63,834 nt of DNA, filler included, from an uncultured Gemmatimonadota bacterium (GCA_964576115.1; 4 parts of 4 records of this genome joined end to end with filler, not necessarily neighbours in it); one strand, 5' to 3'; positions 18,115 through 28,715 are shown, numbered from the whole stretch's first letter. Notes: a model not told the origin generated them from the letters alone. A program made the numbers and translations.

Positions 18115-18151
18115 AACCGCGGACGGCTCGACCGTTCGCGGTTGTTCTTTT
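18115..18151 (+). terminator. Rho-independent terminator of tRNA-Asp
   Basis: AACCGCGGACGG-CTCGA-CCGTTCGCGGTT followed by GTTCTTTT. Confidence 0.75.
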
Positions 18152-18165
18152 ACACTCAGGATACG

Positions 18166-18327
18166 AGTGTCCTGTCAGGTGACAAACGTCTGCACCGAGA
18201 GTGACACCGGGCCAGACCGGCCAGGCGCGGCGACGAGGCATAGCGGTGGCTATGGCGAGGAGGCGCAACGCAGCCGGTCGGGATGCGGAGTCGCTCGAAT
18301 GCGACGTTTGTTGCGTGACAGGGCACT
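18166..18327. mobile_element. MITE-like ~160-bp element with 25-bp imperfect terminal inverted repeats
   Basis: Left AGTGTCCTGTCAGGTGACAAACGTC versus right reverse complement AGTGCCCTGTCACGCAACAAACGTC; internal hairpin CATAGC-GGTG-GCTATG; no ORF. Confidence 0.6.
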
Positions 18328-18442
18328 AGCTTCCTGACCCGATACAACAGGAGTGGAACGTGGATTTGTGCGGTTACATGACCCCGAAAGGGATCGAGGC
18401 CCGTTTCGCGGAGGTCGAGGTCCTGCGGGAGGCGGGGGAGAG

Positions 18443-18542
18443 NNNNNNNNNNNNNNNNNNNNNNNNNNNNNNNNNNNNNNNNNNNNTTAATTAATTAANN
18501 NNNNNNNNNNNNNNNNNNNNNNNNNNNNNNNNNNNNNNNNNN
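18443..18542. other. Artificial contig linker
   Basis: N44-TTAATTAATTAA-N44 (stops in all frames). Confidence 0.98.
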
Positions 18543-19777
18543 GGGCGGATCCGCCAGACGGTGTAGTCCTCCCGCCCGGAGTCGGGATCGCTCACGATAC
18601 CGAGCATGTGCCCCTGCATGAGGCGCCCGACGACCGGAGCCCGGGTCGTGCCCAGGTACTCCCCCTCGGGACTCAGCACGTAGCAGTACCATCCCGGCCC
18701 GGCGCCGTCGGAGCCGGCGTCCCACTCGAGGATCCGGAGCCGGAAGAAACCCGCCTCATCGACCGCCACCGACATCCAGCAGCTCTTCTGCTCCGGCCAG
18801 GTGATGTTCTCCCTGCGACTCAGGAGGATGATGCGCTCGTCGCCGACAGCGGTCTCGAGCTGACGGTCGATCTCAGCCAGTTCAGCTCGCTCGTCGCGGC
18901 GCGTGACCTGCACCCGGGGCAGGCGCACTTCGATGGTGCGGACCAGGGTGCCGTCGGGCCGGTAGAGCCAGAGGACCGGCTGCAGGCCATTGGTCAGGAC
19001 GATCTCCCCGGCCGGGGTCCAGGCCATTGCCGGTGAACAGGAAAAGCGCATCGTCGCGTGCCCCACCCCTCCCTTGTGCCCCTCCCAGTAGTAGGGGTAA
19101 GAGCGGGCCACCAGGGGAGTGGCGGCCGATCCGGCCGGCTCGCCGGCCGGAGTGCGGCTCTCGAAACCCGCCCCGACGTACTCGATCTCCTCGATCATCT
19201 CGAAGGCAAACTCGCGTGAGACGATGAGTCCGTCACCGGCGTCATACCAGATTCGCTCGCCGCCGATCGGGCTGGGCAGGTTTCGCTCCAGAGCGCCGTC
19301 GGGGGCGAACCAGCTCAGCCGATGCCGGGCGCTGTCCCAGATCTCGAGCCGGCCGTCGGCGAAGCCGTTCAGATAGATGAAGCCGAACTCGCCGGGTCCG
19401 TCGCCGGGGCGGCCGATGCTGTGGGAGAAGCGGCCTGCGGCGTCGAAGACCGCGATCCGGCCGTTGCCGCGGTCCTGCACGTAGAAACGGCCGTCGGCGT
19501 CCATCAGGAAACCCGGTTCGTCCCAGTGGCGGTGCGGACCGTAGTAGAGCAGCGACTCGGTCCGGTCGGGATCCTGTTCGAGAACGAGTACTCGTTCATA
19601 ATCGAACAGTTCCCCCTCGTAGACCGGAGTGCCGGGACTCACCGCCCGGACCACGCCCCCCTCTGTCGTGACCGAGAAGGTTCCGGACTCGCCGCTGTCT
19701 CCCGAGCAGCCGAGACTCAGGCAGAACAGGACGACCGTCAGAAGGAGCGGGATTCGCGGCAGCGTCAGCGATGGCAT
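18543..19777 (-). CDS. 6-bladed beta-propeller (NHL-like) lipoprotein, 3' end cut by the contig edge
   Basis: Lipobox SLGC; FYVQDRGNGRIAVFD..IGRPGDGPGEF; VLSPEGEYLG. Confidence 0.85.
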
Positions 19778-19825
19778 CGGACGGTCCTCAGCGGGAGACG
19801 GCTTTGCGGCAGCAGTATCACCTGC

Positions 19826-22800
19826 CTATCCGACCGCCGAACCCGCTTCCGGTTCAGCGTTTTCGGACAGCGTACAGACCGGCTCCATGATCCGCTGGTA
19901 CATGAGCGGCAGCACGATCAGGGTGACCAGGGTCGAGGTAAGCAGACCCCCCACTACGACCGTAGCCAGCGGTTTGTAGATTTCGGCACCCGGCCCCACC
20001 GCCAGCAGGAGCGGCAGGATTCCGAAGATGGTCGTGAAGGTCGTCATCAGGACCGGGCGCAGTTTGACCGAGACCCCCTCGAGAATGGCTTCGTCCAGCT
20101 CAACTCCGTCGCAGACCCGCTTGCGGATGGCGGCCAGCAGGACCAGCCCGTCCTCCAAGGCGATCCCGAAGATGGCGATGAAGCCGATCGAGGCGGGCAC
20201 ACTCAGGTAGAGACCGGTGAGTTTGAGCGCCGCGACTCCCCCGATCAGGGCCAGGGGGATGTTGACGAGGATGATCAGGACCTCGCGCAGCGAGTTGAAG
20301 AGAGTGAAAAGCAGCAGGGCCACCAGCAGCAGCGTCAGGGGGGTCACGACGGCCAGTGTGCGGTAGGCCTTGATCTGCAGCTCGAACTGCCCCCCCCAGG
20401 TCAGGATGTACTCGGGGGGGATCTCGACCCCGGCTTCGATCCGGTCTCGTGCCTCGGCCACGAACCGGCCCAGGTCACGGCCCCGCACGTTGCATTCGAT
20501 GGTGATATAGCGCTTGTTTTGCTCCCGGCTGATCAGCCGGGGGCCTTCGACCGTTTCGATATCGGCCAGCGAACCGAGGGGGATGCGCCCGCCCGAGGGC
20601 AGGCCGACGAGCAGGGCCGCGATCTCATCGACGCTTTCCCTCGCCGCGGGCTCGAAGCGCAGGAAGATGTCGAAACGCCGCTGTTCCTCGTAGACCTTGC
20701 CGATCGTCACCCCCCCGATGGCGGCCTCGATCGTTTCCTGTACCCCACCCACGCTCAATCCGTAGCGGGCCAGGGCATCGCGCCGCAGCACGATCTGCAG
20801 ATGGTTCTGCCCCGCGACCTGCTCGACCTGTACGTCGGCCGACCCCCTGACGAGCCGCAGTTCGGTTTCGATCAGATGGGCCGTAGCGGTCAGAACGTCG
20901 TAATCCTCGCCGTAGAGTTTGACGGCCAGCTGGGCCCGGGCGCCGGTGATGAGGTGATCGAGGTTGTGCGCGATCGGCTGGGTCATGGTCAGGCTCAGTC
21001 CGGGCAGGTGAGCGAGACGGTCTTCGATCTCACCGATCAGCTCGTTGGTGTTCCGGAACGCCCGCCACTGCCGTTCCGGTTTGAGCTGGATCAGGATTTC
21101 GGCATCGTTGACGAAGTGGGCGTGACTGCCCACCTCCCCCCGCCCGATCCGGCTCAGGATCCCCGTCACCTCGGGGACGTCCCGGATGATCCGTTCGATC
21201 TCGGTAGCGGTTTCGACGGTTTCTTCCAGACCGGTATTGGGGTTGAGCAGAACCCGCAGTTGCAGCGTTCCCTCCTGCAGCGGCGGCAGGTATTCCCGCC
21301 CCAGGGTCGGGATCAAAGCCAGGCCGATCGCCAGGGCCGCTCCGGTGATCCAGAAGACCCGCCGGCGGCAGTTACCGCAGGTCGTGAAGAAGGGAATGAA
21401 GCGCGCCCGGATCCGGCGGATGAGCCACGGTTCGCGCGCCGCCGCCCCCGATGAACCGATCAGGTAATAGCCCAGGGCCGGGATGACGACGAGGGTGAAG
21501 AGAATCGAACCGGCCAGGGCCAGCGAGATCGTGAATCCCATGGGGCGGAACATGACCCCCTCCACCCCGGTCAGGGTGAAGATCGGCAGGAAGACCAGGA
21601 TGATGATCACGATCGCGGTGAAAAGCGGCCGGGCGACTTCGGAACCGGCCGTGCGGATGGCGGATGACCTGTCCACTCCGCCCGACTGTACGTGCCGGAA
21701 GGCGTTCTCGACGAAAATGATGGCGGCATCGGCGATCAGACCGATGGCGATGGCCAGCCCCCCCAGCGACATCAGATCGGCGGCCAGGCCGGTCTGCCGC
21801 ATGACGATGAAGGTCAGAAGAACGGCGAAGGGCAGGGTCAGAACCGCGATCAGCGCACTGCGCACATCGCCCATGAAGAGGAAGAGCACCCCGATGACCA
21901 GCAGGATCCCCAGGGCCAGGTTGTTGACGACCGTACCGAAGCAGGCCCGCACGAAGGCGGCCTGGTTGTAGAAGGGCACGATTTCTACCCCGTCGGGAAG
22001 GCTGGTGTTGATGACCTCGATCCGCTCCTCGATGTCGCTGATCACCCGGGCGGTATTCGACCCGAAGAGTTTCAGGACCATCCCGACAACCCGCTCCCCC
22101 TCACCGTTGACCAGGGCCGCACCGCGCCGGATCGCGGGCAGGATCTCGACCGTGGCCAGGCTCGAGAGGTAGATTGGTGTGCCCTCGACGCTGGTTACGA
22201 CCGTGCGGCGCAGATCGTCGAGAGTCTGCACCAGCCCGATGCTGCGAACGATGTATTCCTCCTCGGCCCGGGTAATGAAACCCGCCCCGGTATTCCGGTT
22301 ACCGGCCCGGATCCGTTCGATCAGATCGGACAGCGTCAGGTCGTAGGCCAGCAGGGCGTCGGGATCGACCAGAATCCGGTACTGCTTCACATCCCCGCCG
22401 ATGCTCAGCACCTGGGAGACTTCGGGAACCGACTTCAGTTCGTATTTAACCAGCCAGTCCTGCAGGGTCCGCAGCTCCATGGTGGTGTAGCCGTCACCCT
22501 CCAGATAGTAGAGGTAGACCATGCCGAGACCGGTGGCGATGGGACCCAGGACCGGTTCGTGGGCCTGGTCGGGAAGGTCCTCGACCACTTCGTGCAGGCG
22601 GGGCACCACCAGCTGGCGGGCCCAGTAGATATCGGTCCCCTCCTCGAAGTAGACGCTCACGGTGGAAAGCCCGAAGGTCGAGTTCGAACGGATGTTGGTG
22701 ACCTTCGGCAGACCGAACATGGCCGCCTCGATCGGATAGGAGATGAACCTCTCCACCTCTTCGGGGGCCATACCGTGGGCCTCGGTGAAGATCTGGACCA

Positions 22801-22936
22801 GGGCCGGTGAGGGATCGGGGTACACATCGATCGGCAGCTGCCGGAAACTGATCATCCCGAAGCCGGCGACGCATATCGCGGCAATGATGACGAAGAGACG
22901 CTGCCGGAGGGAGAAATCGAGGACGCGCGAAATCAT
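19826..22936 (-). CDS. czcA: CusA/CzcA family heavy-metal RND efflux pump
   Basis: 1036 aa; LPIDVYPD, GLIADAAIIFVEN, LRPVLMT, GAEIYKPLA. Confidence 0.93.
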   Translation of the reverse strand: MISRVLDFSLRQRLFVIIAAICVAGFGMISFRQLPIDVYPDPSPALVQIFTEAHGMAPEEVERFISYPIEAAMFGLPKVTNIRSNSTFGLSTVSVYFEEGTDIYWARQLVVPRLHEVVEDLPDQAHEPVLGPIATGLGMVYLYYLEGDGYTTMELRTLQDWLVKYELKSVPEVSQVLSIGGDVKQYRILVDPDALLAYDLTLSDLIERIRAGNRNTGAGFITRAEEEYIVRSIGLVQTLDDLRRTVVTSVEGTPIYLSSLATVEILPAIRRGAALVNGEGERVVGMVLKLFGSNTARVISDIEERIEVINTSLPDGVEIVPFYNQAAFVRACFGTVVNNLALGILLVIGVLFLFMGDVRSALIAVLTLPFAVLLTFIVMRQTGLAADLMSLGGLAIAIGLIADAAIIFVENAFRHVQSGGVDRSSAIRTAGSEVARPLFTAIVIIILVFLPIFTLTGVEGVMFRPMGFTISLALAGSILFTLVVIPALGYYLIGSSGAAAREPWLIRRIRARFIPFFTTCGNCRRRVFWITGAALAIGLALIPTLGREYLPPLQEGTLQLRVLLNPNTGLEETVETATEIERIIRDVPEVTGILSRIGRGEVGSHAHFVNDAEILIQLKPERQWRAFRNTNELIGEIEDRLAHLPGLSLTMTQPIAHNLDHLITGARAQLAVKLYGEDYDVLTATAHLIETELRLVRGSADVQVEQVAGQNHLQIVLRRDALARYGLSVGGVQETIEAAIGGVTIGKVYEEQRRFDIFLRFEPAARESVDEIAALLVGLPSGGRIPLGSLADIETVEGPRLISREQNKRYITIECNVRGRDLGRFVAEARDRIEAGVEIPPEYILTWGGQFELQIKAYRTLAVVTPLTLLLVALLLFTLFNSLREVLIILVNIPLALIGGVAALKLTGLYLSVPASIGFIAIFGIALEDGLVLLAAIRKRVCDGVELDEAILEGVSVKLRPVLMTTFTTIFGILPLLLAVGPGAEIYKPLATVVVGGLLTSTLVTLIVLPLMYQRIMEPVCTLSENAEPEAGSAVG

Positions 22937-22985
22937 GGGTGCGGTCCGTTCATCGGAGCTGTTGTTGTCGGATCAGGGCTATTCA

Positions 22986-24260
22986 TCAGTGCACGTGACC
23001 ATGCCCCGCCGATCCCTTCTGTAACTCGGCTTTCAGGGTAAAGGCGCCGGCCGTGACGATGCGTTCACCTTCTTCGAGCCCGGTGGTGACGATCCGCAGG
23101 TCCCCGACCGATTCGCCGATCTCGATATGGCGCACCGCGTAGACAACGTGATCGTGTTCTCCCTCCTGCTCTCCGGCGGCTTCGCTTCCCGCGGCGGGCA
23201 CCTCATGCTGATGGGCATCGATGAGCACGAAGACCGATTTCTCGCCGTGCAGGTCCACGATGGCGTTTTCGGGTACGGCCAGCCGGTCGGCCCCGGGCTC
23301 GCGTTTGACGATCACCCCGCTCACGAACAGGTTCGGACGCAGCAGCCGATCGGAATTGGCGACCTCGACCCGCACCGTGACGGTGCGCAGGGCCTCGTCG
23401 AGGACGTCACTGATCCAGATGATGCGGGCCGGGAACTCCCGGCCGGGGTAGAGATCGGTCGTGATCGTCACCTCGCTGCGGGGATCGAGAAAGGGCAGGT
23501 GCTGTTCGTAGGCATCGAGTTCGGCCCACAGGACCGAGAGATCGGCGATGGTGAAGAGGATGCGCTCCGGCCCGACCTGTTCGCCGCGGACCGCATCGCG
23601 GTCGATGACCCGGCCGGCCCGGGGGGCGAGAATCGGCAGCATCGGATCGGCCACCGGCTCGCTCCTCTCCCCTGTGCGCAGGAGGGTATCGTAACGCTCC
23701 CGCAGGGCCTCGATCCCGCCCCGGTCGATCCCGCAGGCCAGCAGTACCGCTTCGGCGGCGCCGAGGGCGACAGCCTGCTGTTCGGCGTCTGCCTCGCGCC
23801 GCAACAGTTCGCGCTCTTCGATGGCCCGGTCGGCAAAGAGGCTGCGGGCCCGATCGGCTTCGGTCCGACTCAACCGGAAGCGGGCCAGGGCCTCGAGCCA
23901 GTCGGCCTGAGCCCGGGCAAATTGCGGCGAGGTCAAGGTCAGCAGGACCTGACCGGGCCGGACCCGATCGCCGGGATCGGCTCCGATCCGAGCCACCTGA
24001 CCGCCGATGAGCGGCGAGACCAGGGCGGTCCGGCTCTGATCGAGTTCGATCGTGCCGGGCAGAGTGATGACGGCGGCTATATCGGTCGTCCGGACCTCTT
24101 CGCTCCTGATTCCCCAGGCTTCGACCTGCGCGGGTGCGAGGTGCAGCTCGTGCTCCGCTCCGGTCCCGCCGGCTGCGGCGGCAGCCGGATCGATCCGGTT
24201 CCGGCTTCCCCCGCAGGCGGTGAGCAGGAGGCAGAGTAAGGCGGGGCCGTAGCGCTTCAT
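22986..24260 (-). CDS. czcB: RND periplasmic adaptor (CzcB/CusB family)
   Basis: Lipobox LTAC; biotinyl-like and coiled-coil segments; LRPNLFV; His-rich loop and GHGHVH tail. Confidence 0.9.
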   Translation of the reverse strand: MKRYGPALLCLLLTACGGSRNRIDPAAAAAGGTGAEHELHLAPAQVEAWGIRSEEVRTTDIAAVITLPGTIELDQSRTALVSPLIGGQVARIGADPGDRVRPGQVLLTLTSPQFARAQADWLEALARFRLSRTEADRARSLFADRAIEERELLRREADAEQQAVALGAAEAVLLACGIDRGGIEALRERYDTLLRTGERSEPVADPMLPILAPRAGRVIDRDAVRGEQVGPERILFTIADLSVLWAELDAYEQHLPFLDPRSEVTITTDLYPGREFPARIIWISDVLDEALRTVTVRVEVANSDRLLRPNLFVSGVIVKREPGADRLAVPENAIVDLHGEKSVFVLIDAHQHEVPAAGSEAAGEQEGEHDHVVYAVRHIEIGESVGDLRIVTTGLEEGERIVTAGAFTLKAELQKGSAGHGHVH

Positions 24261-25486
24261 CTGATCTCTCCCCCGACAGCCCGTTCCAGAGCCGCCCGAT
24301 TCTGGTGCCAGGTATAGAGCGCATCGTGATAGTCGGTGAGAATGCTGGAATAGGTCCGCTGCGCGTCGAGCCAGTCGAGCAGGGAGATTTCACCCCCGTG
24401 GTAGCTGCTCTCCGCTATCCGCAGACTCTCCTCGGCCTGATGCAGCAAACCATCCCGGAAGAACCCGATCGTTTCGGCAGCCAGCTCGAGTCGGCCATAG
24501 AGGATGGAAATCTCCGCGGCCAGTTCGAGTTCGAGCGCTTCGAGAGCGTACTCCCGGCCCTCGGCCAGGCTCCTGGCCTCGGCGACCCGGTGGGCGCCGA
24601 GGTCGAAGAGAGGCAGCGCGAAAGTAACCCCGAGACCCTGGATCCGTCCGTGCAGTTCTTCGCGCAGGAAACCGGTCAGGGCCGGATCGGGGATCCTGGC
24701 GGCCCGGGCGGCCCGCAGGCGGTCGCGGGCCCGGGTCAGTTCGAACTGCGACCGGCCGATCAGGGGGTGGCCTTCCAGAGCCCGCGCGATGAGTTCGTCT
24801 TCCATCGCCACGATCGGTGCGAACTCTTCAACCGGTACGGGAACGAAAGCCTCCGGCAGGGTGTCCCCGACCAGGGCGTCGAGATGCCGCCGAGTGAGCC
24901 GTTGTTCGGCCTCGATCCGGCTGAGATCGGTCCGGGCCCGCATGACTTCGACCTCGAGTTTGATTGCCTCGAGCTCACGGGCCTCGCCGAGTTCGAGCCG
25001 CCGGATGACGAGCCGGTGCGCCCGCTCGAAGGACTCGAGGGTGGACCGGGCCAGTTCGCCCCATTCGGCAAGCAGGAGAATCCGCAGGTAGTGCTCGGTG
25101 ATGTCGTAACGAATATCGAGGGCCAGGCTGTGTTGAGCGGACTCGGCCGCCCGCCATTCGTTTTCGGCCATGCTGATACGGGCCCGACGGCTGAAAGGAT
25201 ACTCCAGCGGCTGGCTGAGCGAGATCCCCCGCGTGGTACGCCGAATCGAGCCGTCGTACGATTCGCCCGATCCTGTCTCGAAACCCACCGAAGGATTGAA
25301 GAACAGGCGAGCGGCCCGCCAGGCCGCTTCGAGCGAAGCGACTTCTTCAGCCCCGGCTCTGAGCTGCAGGTTGTGTTCCAGGCCGAGGGTGAGGACCTCG
25401 TCCAGGGTCAGAGGCTCCGGCTGGGCGGGGACGGCCTGCAGGGGCAGGAGCAGGACGAGCAGGACGGGTGGAAGAGAACGGCGCAT
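24257..25486 (-). CDS. czcC: TolC-family outer membrane efflux protein (CzcC-like)
   Basis: Signal peptide; two OEP repeats; YHGGEISLLDWLDAQR; 4-nt overlap with the adaptor gene. Confidence 0.9.
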   Translation of the reverse strand: MRRSLPPVLLVLLLPLQAVPAQPEPLTLDEVLTLGLEHNLQLRAGAEEVASLEAAWRAARLFFNPSVGFETGSGESYDGSIRRTTRGISLSQPLEYPFSRRARISMAENEWRAAESAQHSLALDIRYDITEHYLRILLLAEWGELARSTLESFERAHRLVIRRLELGEARELEAIKLEVEVMRARTDLSRIEAEQRLTRRHLDALVGDTLPEAFVPVPVEEFAPIVAMEDELIARALEGHPLIGRSQFELTRARDRLRAARAARIPDPALTGFLREELHGRIQGLGVTFALPLFDLGAHRVAEARSLAEGREYALEALELELAAEISILYGRLELAAETIGFFRDGLLHQAEESLRIAESSYHGGEISLLDWLDAQRTYSSILTDYHDALYTWHQNRAALERAVGGEIR

Positions 25487-25665
25487 CGGACCTCACAGGA
25501 ATCGGGCGGCGGGCAGCTGCATCCTGCTGCACGAACGGTGTATGTATACTCCACCCCCGCCCCCAAGGCAAACTTCAGACTCCTAACGACCAATCCCCCG
25601 CTCTCCCGTCGCCGGCATTCGGCAGTGCCCGTCCCGTCACTGAGTCTGCGGTTCTCTGTCGGGGC

Positions 25666-27249
25666 TCACCGGTCCCGGAAATCGAGGCCCGTTTCATCGG
25701 CGTAGGCATCGCGCAGACGGCCGAGTTCGGCGGTGAGTTCGACCACCGTTCCGGCATAGGCGGGATCGTCATACACACTGGTGAGCTGGTGCGGATCGGT
25801 TTCGAGATCGAAGAGTTCCCATTCGTCGGTCTCGTAGAAATAGGCCAGGGTATACCGTTCGGTGCGCACGCCGTAATGCCTGGCCACCATGTGTACGGCG
25901 GGGAACTCGTAGTAGTGGTAGTAGATGCTCCGCCGCCAGTCGCGGGGATGGCGGCCCCGCATCAGCCCCAGCAGCGGAACGCCGTGGATATCAGCCGGCA
26001 CATCGAGGCCGGCGGCGGTCAGGAAGGTCGGGGCGTAGTCGATGTTCTGAATCATCTCCTCCACCCGGGTACCGGGACGGATCACGCCGGGCCAGCGGGC
26101 CAGGAAGGGCATCCGCAGCGATTCCTCGTAGATCCAGCGCTTGTCGAACCAGCCGTGATCGCCCAGGTAGAAGCCCTGATCGGAGCTGTAGATCACCAGG
26201 GTATCGTCGGCCAGGCCGCTCTCGTCCAGAAAGGCCAGCAGGCGTCCGACGTTGTCGTCGACCGAGGCGATACAGCGCAGGTAGTCCTTGATGTAGCGCT
26301 GGTAGTAGTAGGAGGTGAGTTCCCTGCCTTCGAGCCCGGCGCGGTGGAAAGCGGCGTTACGCGGTTCATACACCGCATCCCAGGCCGCCCGTTGTTCGGC
26401 GGTCATCCGGCCGTACCAGGAATTCGGCCGCGGCTCGCTCTCCCAGGGGGTGATCTTCAGATCATAAAAGGGCATCATGTGACGGGCGACCGTCATCTCC
26501 TGGGCTGCGGCGGGCGAAGCATGCCCGCTCCAGTCGTCGAAAAGCGTCGCCGGCTCGGGGATCGTTTCGCCTTCGTACAGGTTCATGTAGTCGGGGCCGG
26601 GAACCCAGTTGCGGTGCGGGGCCTTGTGCTGGCACATGCAGAGAAAGGGCCGGTCGGCACTGCGCCCGTGCTGCAGCCAGTCGAGAGTGAGATCGGTGAT
26701 GATATCGGTTACGTACCCTTCGTGCCGCACCCGGCCGTCGGGGGTATCGAAATCGGGGTTGTAGTAGTTCCCCTGTCCGGGCAGAACCTGCCAGAAATCG
26801 AACCCTTCGGGTTCGGCTTGCAGGTGCCACTTGCCGATCATGGCCGTCTCGTACCCGGCCCCCTGCAGGTACTTGTTCACGGTCGGCTGCGACATGTCGA
26901 AGACATTGCGGTTGTCGATCTTACCGTTGGCATGGCTGTGCTTGCCGGTCAGCACCACCGCCCGGCTCGGAGCGCAGATCGAGTTGGTACAGAAACTGTT
27001 GGCGAACAGGGCCCCCTCCCGGGCGATCCGGTCGATGTGGGGGGTGGTGTTGATCCGCGAGCCGTAGGCGCTGATGGCGTGCGGGGCGTGATCGTCACTG
27101 AAGATGAAGAGGATATTGGCGGGTCGGCGTCCGGTGGTGCCCGCACACCCTTCGAGCAGGGGCAGAGATCCGAAAAGCCCCAGGCCCGCTCCCGCTCCGG
27201 CCGCCAGACGCAGGGCTTCGCGCCGGTTGATTATCCGTCCGCTCGACAT
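25666..27249 (-). CDS. Cys-type sulfatase with Tat signal
   Basis: AGGAG RBS; NRREAL twin-arginine leader; FSDDH, CAPSRAVVLTG, GKWH, SDQG. Confidence 0.95.
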   Translation of the reverse strand: MSSGRIINRREALRLAAGAGAGLGLFGSLPLLEGCAGTTGRRPANILFIFSDDHAPHAISAYGSRINTTPHIDRIAREGALFANSFCTNSICAPSRAVVLTGKHSHANGKIDNRNVFDMSQPTVNKYLQGAGYETAMIGKWHLQAEPEGFDFWQVLPGQGNYYNPDFDTPDGRVRHEGYVTDIITDLTLDWLQHGRSADRPFLCMCQHKAPHRNWVPGPDYMNLYEGETIPEPATLFDDWSGHASPAAAQEMTVARHMMPFYDLKITPWESEPRPNSWYGRMTAEQRAAWDAVYEPRNAAFHRAGLEGRELTSYYYQRYIKDYLRCIASVDDNVGRLLAFLDESGLADDTLVIYSSDQGFYLGDHGWFDKRWIYEESLRMPFLARWPGVIRPGTRVEEMIQNIDYAPTFLTAAGLDVPADIHGVPLLGLMRGRHPRDWRRSIYYHYYEFPAVHMVARHYGVRTERYTLAYFYETDEWELFDLETDPHQLTSVYDDPAYAGTVVELTAELGRLRDAYADETGLDFRDR

Positions 27250-27365
27250 GATCAGCACTCCTGTTCGGGTTCGGAACAGACCGTTGGAGTGTACACCACT
27301 CTCCAATTCGGCTCATCCCCCGAAAGACGGAGTACTCAACAGCTGCGACCTGCTACTCCGCGGAA

Positions 27366-27458
27366 TCAGTCCTCTGCCGGGGTCGGAGTATGATCGAGAG
27401 CAGTGACGATCAGCCAGACGATGGCGGCGGTGACGAGAGCCGTGATGAGGGTACGCAC
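27366..27458 (-). CDS. Putative 30-aa single-TM small protein (MRTLITALVTAAIVWLIVTALDHTPTPAED)
   Basis: GTG start with AAGGGAAG upstream; GC3-rich codons; hydrophobic helix plus acidic tail; below the ORF-track cutoff. Confidence 0.5.
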   Translation of the reverse strand: MRTLITALVTAAIVWLIVTALDHTPTPAED

Positions 27459-27503
27459 GTCTGCACTTCCCTTCTGATCCGTACCTCTACGACCGCCCGG
27501 ACC

Positions 27504-28715
27504 TCAGAAGTTCGCGCCGGGCAGCTGGTACATGATGTTGGCCGGTGGACGCCCGGCCCGCAACTCCCCCGCCATGAACCGCATGGCGGGCTCGATGTGG
27601 GTAAAGAAGGCCCGGTACCCCTCACAGAGCCAGTTCAGACCCGGCTCTCCCTCGGGAGTGGTGAGAACCCGGTTCTTCGGGCACCCCCCGTGACAGACGA
27701 AATATACCGCACACTCCCGGCAGGTGGGAGGCAGGGCATCGCGTTTGGCCGCTCCGAAAGACCGCTGACGCTCCGAGCGGGCCATGTCCGCCAGCGGAGT
27801 ATCGGCGATGTTGCCCAGATGGTGAGCGGGTTCGACGAAGTGGTCGCAGGAGTAGAGATCGCCCGAGTGCTCCAGCACCAGGGCGGTGCCACAGGTTTCC
27901 TCGAAGACACACAAACCCGGGCGCCGGCCGAAGAAGGCGGCCAGGGCCACATCGAAGATCTGCACGAAGATCCGGCCCACATCGCGCCGAACCCAGTCGT
28001 CGAACACAGCGATCAGGAACTCGCCGTACTGCTTCCCCGTCACCGAGCGGTCGGTGATCGTCTCGCCCTCCTGGTACCCCGTCTCGTTCTCGCGCTCCAC
28101 GATCGGGATGAACTGGACAAACTCCACTTCAGCCTCGTCGCGCAGGAAGGAGTAGACCTCGAGGGGATGCGGAGCGTTGGCGGCGTGCACACAGGTCAGA
28201 GCGTTGTGCTCGACCCCGTATTCCTGCAGCCATGCGAGTCCGGCCATGACCCGGTCGAAGGATCCCTGCCCCGCCCGGTCGCGACGGTATTCATCGTGCA
28301 ACTCGCGCGGACCGTCGATACTGATCCCGATCAGGAAATCGTGCTCGGCGAAGAAGCGGCACCACTCGGCGTCGAGCAGGGTGCCGTTGGTCTGCAGGGC
28401 GTTGACGACCCGCACTCCCGCGGGAGCGTACTCCCGCTGTAACTCGAGCGCCCGGCGGAAGAAGTCGAGCCCCATCAGCAACGGCTCGCCCCCCTGCCAG
28501 GCGAACGTGACCTCGGGCAGGCCCGCCTGCGATTCCAGGTACTGCCGGGTGTACTCGGCGAGCAGCTCGTCACTCATACGGAAGTCGCTATCGGAGTAGA
28601 GGCGCTCCTTGGAAAGGTAGTAACAGTAGGCGCAGTCGAGGTTGCAGACCGGCCCGCGCGGCTTGGCCATGATCTGGAAGGGTTGGGGTTGCTGTCCGGT
28701 TGCCTCGCCGTTCAA
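27504..28715 (-). CDS. Anaerobic sulfatase-maturating radical SAM enzyme (anSME, SPASM)
   Basis: CNLDCAYC; WQGGEP; QTNG; YSCDH; CxxCxxxxxCxGGCPK; probable TTG start at 28715 after GAGGGAG. Confidence 0.95.
   Translation of the reverse strand: MNGEATGQQPQPFQIMAKPRGPVCNLDCAYCYYLSKERLYSDSDFRMSDELLAEYTRQYLESQAGLPEVTFAWQGGEPLLMGLDFFRRALELQREYAPAGVRVVNALQTNGTLLDAEWCRFFAEHDFLIGISIDGPRELHDEYRRDRAGQGSFDRVMAGLAWLQEYGVEHNALTCVHAANAPHPLEVYSFLRDEAEVEFVQFIPIVERENETGYQEGETITDRSVTGKQYGEFLIAVFDDWVRRDVGRIFVQIFDVALAAFFGRRPGLCVFEETCGTALVLEHSGDLYSCDHFVEPAHHLGNIADTPLADMARSERQRSFGAAKRDALPPTCRECAVYFVCHGGCPKNRVLTTPEGEPGLNWLCEGYRAFFTHIEPAMRFMAGELRAGRPPANIMYQLPGANF

Noticed and set aside
18487-18498. TTAATTAATTAA palindrome (also near 36971 and 55010) and ORFs running into N tracts
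   Set aside because: Artificial six-frame-stop linker used to concatenate contigs.
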